DNA of 57,371 bases, counting the filler, from Platydemus manokwari (taxonomy: Eukaryota): the NCBI GenBank assembly GCA_037951405.1. It is 5 parts of 5 records of this genome, joined end to end, with 100 filler letters (N's around TTAATTAATTAA, not from the genome) between each part and the next. Parts side by side here need not be neighbours in the genome. Positions count along the whole stretch, not along the records: positions 48,371 to 57,371 come from JBBMOY011315983.1; 4 more parts are not named here. One strand, 5' to 3'. Under the pieces are notes generated by a model, which worked only from the letters and a program-made list of their open reading frames with translations, did not search any database and was not told the DNA's origin. A program made the position numbers and the translations under genes. Shown here in pieces: positions 52,400 through 57,371 of this stretch. Position 1 is the first letter of the stretch. Every line of letters starts with the position of its first letter.

Positions 52400-53976
52400 T
52401 TTTTGAAACCTAACGGAACAATTATGCACTGCTCCGATTTTCGTCTTTCCGAATCCAAACAGAGATTATTTTAGATTCTGACTCTAGTTTCGGAGTGATT
52501 AACACCGTTTTAAGCCAGTTAGATCGAACTGGAAAAGAGAAAGAAGTAACCTATGCTTCTAGAATCTTAAAAGTCATGAAAAAGGTTATTACGTCACTAG
52601 AAAAGAGCTTTTGCTAATCCACGCGTTCACGGTGAATTTTAACCATTATTTGTTGTGAAAGAAATTTGTGACTAGCACTGATCATAAGGCCTTGACATAC
52701 ATGAAGAAAACTCAGTTTCAAACATGGTTTGCAAGTTTATTCGGATTTAATTTCAAATTTTAATATCGGAAGGAATCAAATCATGAAAATGCAGATGGAC
52801 TTTCAAAGATAGGCGAAGCATCAATGGACTTAAGTAAGCAATGTTCTCCAGCATTCCGTTGTGAATAATGACGAACTAAGAATAATTCAACAAGAAGATA
52901 CTGTCGTTAGTTCCATTCGTAAATGGTTACAGAAAACGGAAAGGTAAAAAAATGCAAATATTTCCAAGGGAACAATTTGGTCCATTGAAACAGATCGTTG
53001 TTGATGTTGAGCACTTTGGATAATTTATGAGTAAAATAAGCATCTGTTGGTTATTGTGGATAGATTCAGCCAGTTAAAAAACTTAGTGTCACTTATTCGA
53101 CCAGACGAGGCTTGTATTTCCAAGTCTATCATCTATAATTGGATCTATAATTATGATACGCCAAAACCAATGCTCACTGATCAGAGTAAAGTCTTCGAGG
53201 GAAGGGAAATGAAATAATTAATGATATGTTTTGAAATACAGCAAAAATTTATTTCCCTATACCAACACCGGGCAAATGGCTTTGCCGAAGTACGAGACAT
53301 GATGATAACAACGTTTATATCAGAGAAGCAGGCTTGGGAGAAATTAATATCTTGGATATTAAAGCTCATATTAAAGCTCATATTAAAGCTCATATTAAAG
53401 CTCAATTCAACATTCTTCTTTTAAAATTTTGTCTGGACAACGAACTAATATGGATGGGTTACGATTAAATGAACTTAGCCATCAGGACCAGGTCATCATA
53501 GAAACAGAGAAGCAGCTAAAATCAGTAGTCACAAACTTAAGGAAATTTTGTTGCTAAAAGAGAGATTGTAGAGTTTTCGCGGTTGGTGAAGAAGTTATAG
53601 TGAAGAAAGAACTACGGAAGATGAAGAACGGAGATCGTTATGAAAGTCCTCACGGAATTTTAAGTCCAAGTCAGATAATTCTAGATTTTCAAGGACAAAC
53701 AAAACCTCAAAGATTAGAGTGGCTGAAAAAGATCTCAAAAACGACGAGAGAAGGATATTAGATAAATATTAGATATTCGATTTGTTTAAATATTCAGATT
53801 AACTTGGTTTTGTAAAATTAAATAAAATTGATGTATAATTGAATGGCGTTTTTACTGTCTAAAAATAAAACAAAAAAATTTATTCATTGGTCAGGGCCGT
53901 TATATTGCGAATAAATCTACGGTTGATGAGGAAGGCCAAAGAAGAGTTATGAATTTTTTATACAATTATATTGACA
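52400..53976 (+). mobile_element. Degenerate Ty3/Gypsy 3' fragment (RNase H, integrase, PPT, probable 3' LTR)
   Basis: RNase H motifs ILDSDSSF...VLSQ...YASRIL...YYVTRKELL...TDHKAL...NADGLSK and integrase motifs IVVDV...LLVIVDRFS...LTDQSKVF...ANGFAE. A purine tract at ~53738-53755 is followed by an LTR-like segment ending TGACA. Confidence 0.85.
53356..53403. repeat. Perfect 12-bp tandem repeat (ATATTAAAGCTC)x4
   Basis: Directly visible; it gives the ILKL and MSFN repeats in the ORF track. Confidence 0.95.
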
Positions 53977-54919
53977 ATTAGTGATCTAATTAATAGTGTC
54001 GTTTCGATACAAAGAATTAAAATATCTTTATTAATTATTAATAATTATTCACTACTACTGGTAATAATTATGGCAACAAAATGTTCTCCAATAAATAGTG
54101 ATAATTTCTCCTATGACTTCTAGTGACATTTCTAATCGCGATTATTGTCTATCGGCTGCTTTCACAAAATTGAAGATTTAAAACATGTCTTAAGTGTTTC
54201 TTTGATGCTTGAATTTTAGTGTGTCCCCACAATGTCAAACGCTAATATTATATGCCATTGCTTGAGTTAATTTTTTACTATTTTCCCTTTCTATTTTGGA
54301 TACTGATTTTTTATTATATGTCCTGACATTTCAAAGATTTATTATATTCTATTCGTATGTATGCGATTTTTTATTATTTTATGGACCATTATTAATCATC
54401 TTTGTACTTATTTCTCTTGTACTCTTTACAATTTTGATATTATTCAATGAAACTGGACTACAGGATTCAAGATTCTGATTTGTAACAGAATAAGACTGAG
54501 CTCTGGCTTGAGATGTAAATTTTTATTGGAAGCGGCATTTTTATCGGTCACCGATATTTCTCCATCAATGCTCGAATTATGAAATTCTAGTCCATGCATC
54601 CTTCAATCATTTCGAGACTCTTTTGCATAAAAGATACAACGTTTTCATGCATTATCTGTTTCATAATTTATTGATAATTCATTGATTTATGGATTTGCAG
54701 TATTGAGCCTCACATTTGCACAAGCTTCTTATTCTCGTCGATGATCTCCATTTTATTATCTGAAACTATCATTTTGAGTTTTTGGTTGTCTATAAGTTAG
54801 TGTTGTTCAGCAAAGTTTTGCACATTTGATGTAAAATGAAGAAATTTCTATTTTTAGTGTCTATCATGCAAAACATCATTATTAAGAAGTATAAGTATTC
54901 AACAATTTTCTCGAATCGA

Positions 54920-56345
54920 TGTGTAGAATTTGGAAATAACTAGTTAACATATTTGGAACCCATCTTTACTGTTCCCATTCTTAAAATATCTTGTTGTTAT
55001 CATTCACAACTTCAATATTCTGTGGGAAGAAATGAATTTTTGGATTTACGGATTTTTCAAAAATTATTCACTAAGTCCATATCATTTTCTGCTTTCTTGT
55101 TTTACAGGAAGTTCTTACAAATACCTTTGAATCTTTCACATAGAGTTTATCAATGTAACTTGATTTTGAAAATAAATTTTACTCCTTAATAAATTCAAAA
55201 TTTCAGCTTCCACAAAAATTATTTATTTAACTTTAGCTTTAATAAAATTATGATACTTTTTTCCTGATATTGAAAACCAGATCCATTTCGGTCTATTCCT
55301 TTAACCGTGTTTTTCATTAGTCCTAATAGGTAAATGTGGTATGGATTAATTACATTTTACACTAATAAGTTGTTTTTGGTTAGATTTTTACAACGTGGTA
55401 ACTTTTTTATTTCCATTATCCCACTTAAAAATGAAACAACATAATTTTTTAAAACCAAGTCGCAGATTAATTAAAAGATCGATGAATTTCAAATCACCAT
55501 AAATGTTTCATTTATAATCTCTTCTATTTGTTATAAGTTTTTACATGTTTGTAGCATGACCAAAAGAACTGATGGAATCACATCAACAATGAGTAAAAAA
55601 ACATCTTTTAAATTGAACTTGAAAGAATCCATAAATAAAAGTCAGTCTTTAGCCTGATATCATGATTAAGAGATTTCATAACAAACTCCAAGTAATTATA
55701 GAAAACAGTAACATATTCAAGTGGACATTATACCTTAAAATCATTATGTTTATTTATGAAAGTTAAACACTTTATATCTTTTAGTGATAGATTCCCTGAT
55801 TTTAAATTCCAATCCAGCAACTTTGGTTGTTGTTTGAAAAGTTTTGAATCCTGTAGAAGTTCATTGAGATTATCCTGTGAAAATAAATGTAATTCTAAAC
55901 CTGAAAGTGATTACAACAGCCTCATTGGAATATTTCAATTCTTTATCGTTGTAATTGTTATTAGTCAGTACATTGCTTAAATGGAAAGATGGAATTGATA
56001 GCTCATTACTTGGCAGTTCTGACCTCAAAACTGAGTTTACTGCAAAATGTTTTTCAAACAAAAATAATGAAACTTTAAAACTGTAAAACTAATGTGTCAC
56101 GTAAAATTTGATCATTCAATGCCGTCGATCATTCAAGATGTTTTTAACATGTTGCATTTCAAACATTAGGATAAAATTCAAAGTTAAAGTTATCTGGAAT
56201 CATCAAATAGTATTACTTATATATAAAGAGCTCGTTCAAATTACTGATTTTATAACTGCTTTCGAATAATGCTGCATGATAGAAAAAATCTAAAAAAAGT
56301 CTGAACTGAGAGCTTAAAGTACATTAGAGTCACCCATTTTCATTA
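54920..56345 (-). mobile_element. Degenerate DNA transposase relic, Chapaev3-like (CMC superfamily)
   Basis: Ordered minus-strand motifs: SQDNLNELLQD; LFMDSFKFNLKDV; IYGDLKFIDLLINLRLGFKKLCCFIFKWD; LGLMKNTVKGIDRNGSGFQY; FKGICKNFL; KIHFFPQNI; QQDI..M; WVPNML. These match the recalled consensus ICGDLK...GYTKYCCFLCEWD / LHIKLGLMKNFVKA / HQDI..ME.RYQG.W..NM. The 5' boundary is approximate. Confidence 0.72.
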
Positions 56346-57371
56346 AAGTGGTAAAACCTTTTTGAAATTTTATTTATCAGAGTTATTATCAATAAATTTT
56401 ATATTTAAAAATATTTAATATTTATTTTTGATCAAAATTTAAATTTTAAAACTGGTTTTGGAAAATTGGTTTAATTATTGTGATAAATTATATTTTGAAA
56501 AGGAAATTAAACTAAAAAATTGATTATGTCAGCAGCCTGATAGTAATAATTTGGTTAATTTAACACCAAAGGAACACTATTATGTTTTTATTAAGTATGT
56601 TATCCATTGGCGGCATTACAAATTGATCAGGCGGCACAAAAGATTTCAAAACAATTTTAGTTATATAAAATTCCTACATTTGTTTTAATTTCTAAATATT
56701 TAAAATTCATTTGCCAATTTTTCTAATAATTATTAAATCTGTAATTATTATAAATCTTTCCAATTTTTAACAAAATCAATTCCAAATTTTCACATTTAAA
56801 TTCAGTTTATTATCTATAAACATAGCCTAACATATTTGATTGATGTGAATTATTAATATATATTTATGGCATCGGTTATGAAGTATTTATATTTGGATTA
56901 ATATTTGTTATTTATTATTAACATCATTTGTTTGTTTGAAATGAATCACATATTAATATTTAATTTGATATAAACATATATTATTAAAAATAAGTTTAAT
57001 GTTTATACTAACAAATAATGTTTTCGAATAATTTTAATCTTTGATATACACTAAATTTTAAATATTTTTTATGTTTAAATAATAATAAATAATTATTATT
57101 TAGTCAATTATTTAAATTATTATTCAAAGGATGTTTCTAAATAATTGAATTATTAAATAACAAATAAATAATTTAAGTTTACATTAATAATTAATTTTAA
57201 TAATAAATAATAATTTCAATGTAAAATCATATATTTTTAATTTATTTAATTTAAAATATTATTAATAATATTTATAATTTATAATTATTAAAAATATTAA
57301 TAATTTAAATGAAATAATTTCAAACAAATAAGAAATGATTAAGCTATATAAATGAATCAGAAATAGCAATT

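Noticed and set aside
53356-53403. 12-bp repeat x4 as a CRISPR or a functional repeat peptide
   Set aside because: There are no spacers; it is a simple slippage expansion inside a dead integrase.
54000-54900. Possible gag/protease remnant on the minus strand
   Set aside because: No intact CCHC or DTG motif.
1-57371. tRNA, rRNA, snRNA, SL RNA genes, CRISPR arrays or prokaryotic systems
   Set aside because: None recognised; the window is intron-containing eukaryotic DNA.

Overview
Very AT-rich eukaryotic (metazoan) scaffold made of five contigs joined by artificial 100-nt linkers (44 N + TTAATTAATTAA + 44 N). Introns are either tiny (42-61 nt) or long (0.6-7.8 kb) and filled with transposon relics, which suggests a planarian-like flatworm (inference only). 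Host genes reconstructed by eye from GT-AG boundaries: two exons of a TRPC3/6/7-like channel (+); an orphan three-exon gene (+); a complete but divergent PGM3 phosphoacetylglucosamine mutase (-, 549 aa); the last two exons of a second, canonical PGM3 lying about 190 nt upstream of it (-); and a complete EIPR1/TSSC1 (-, 373 aa). Mobile DNA includes internally deleted mariners with long TIRs, a hAT deletion derivative, three copies of a miniature LTR (TRIM-like) element, Gypsy remnants, an RLE-type non-LTR element, Maverick/Polinton capsid remnants and a Chapaev3-like transposase relic. The most notable observations are a type III hammerhead ribozyme motif in the TRPC intron, the operon-like PGM3 tandem with an altered sugar-binding loop, the TRIM-like family, and a decayed duplicate of the orphan gene's last exon. 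No database searches were run, so family assignments rest on recalled motifs.
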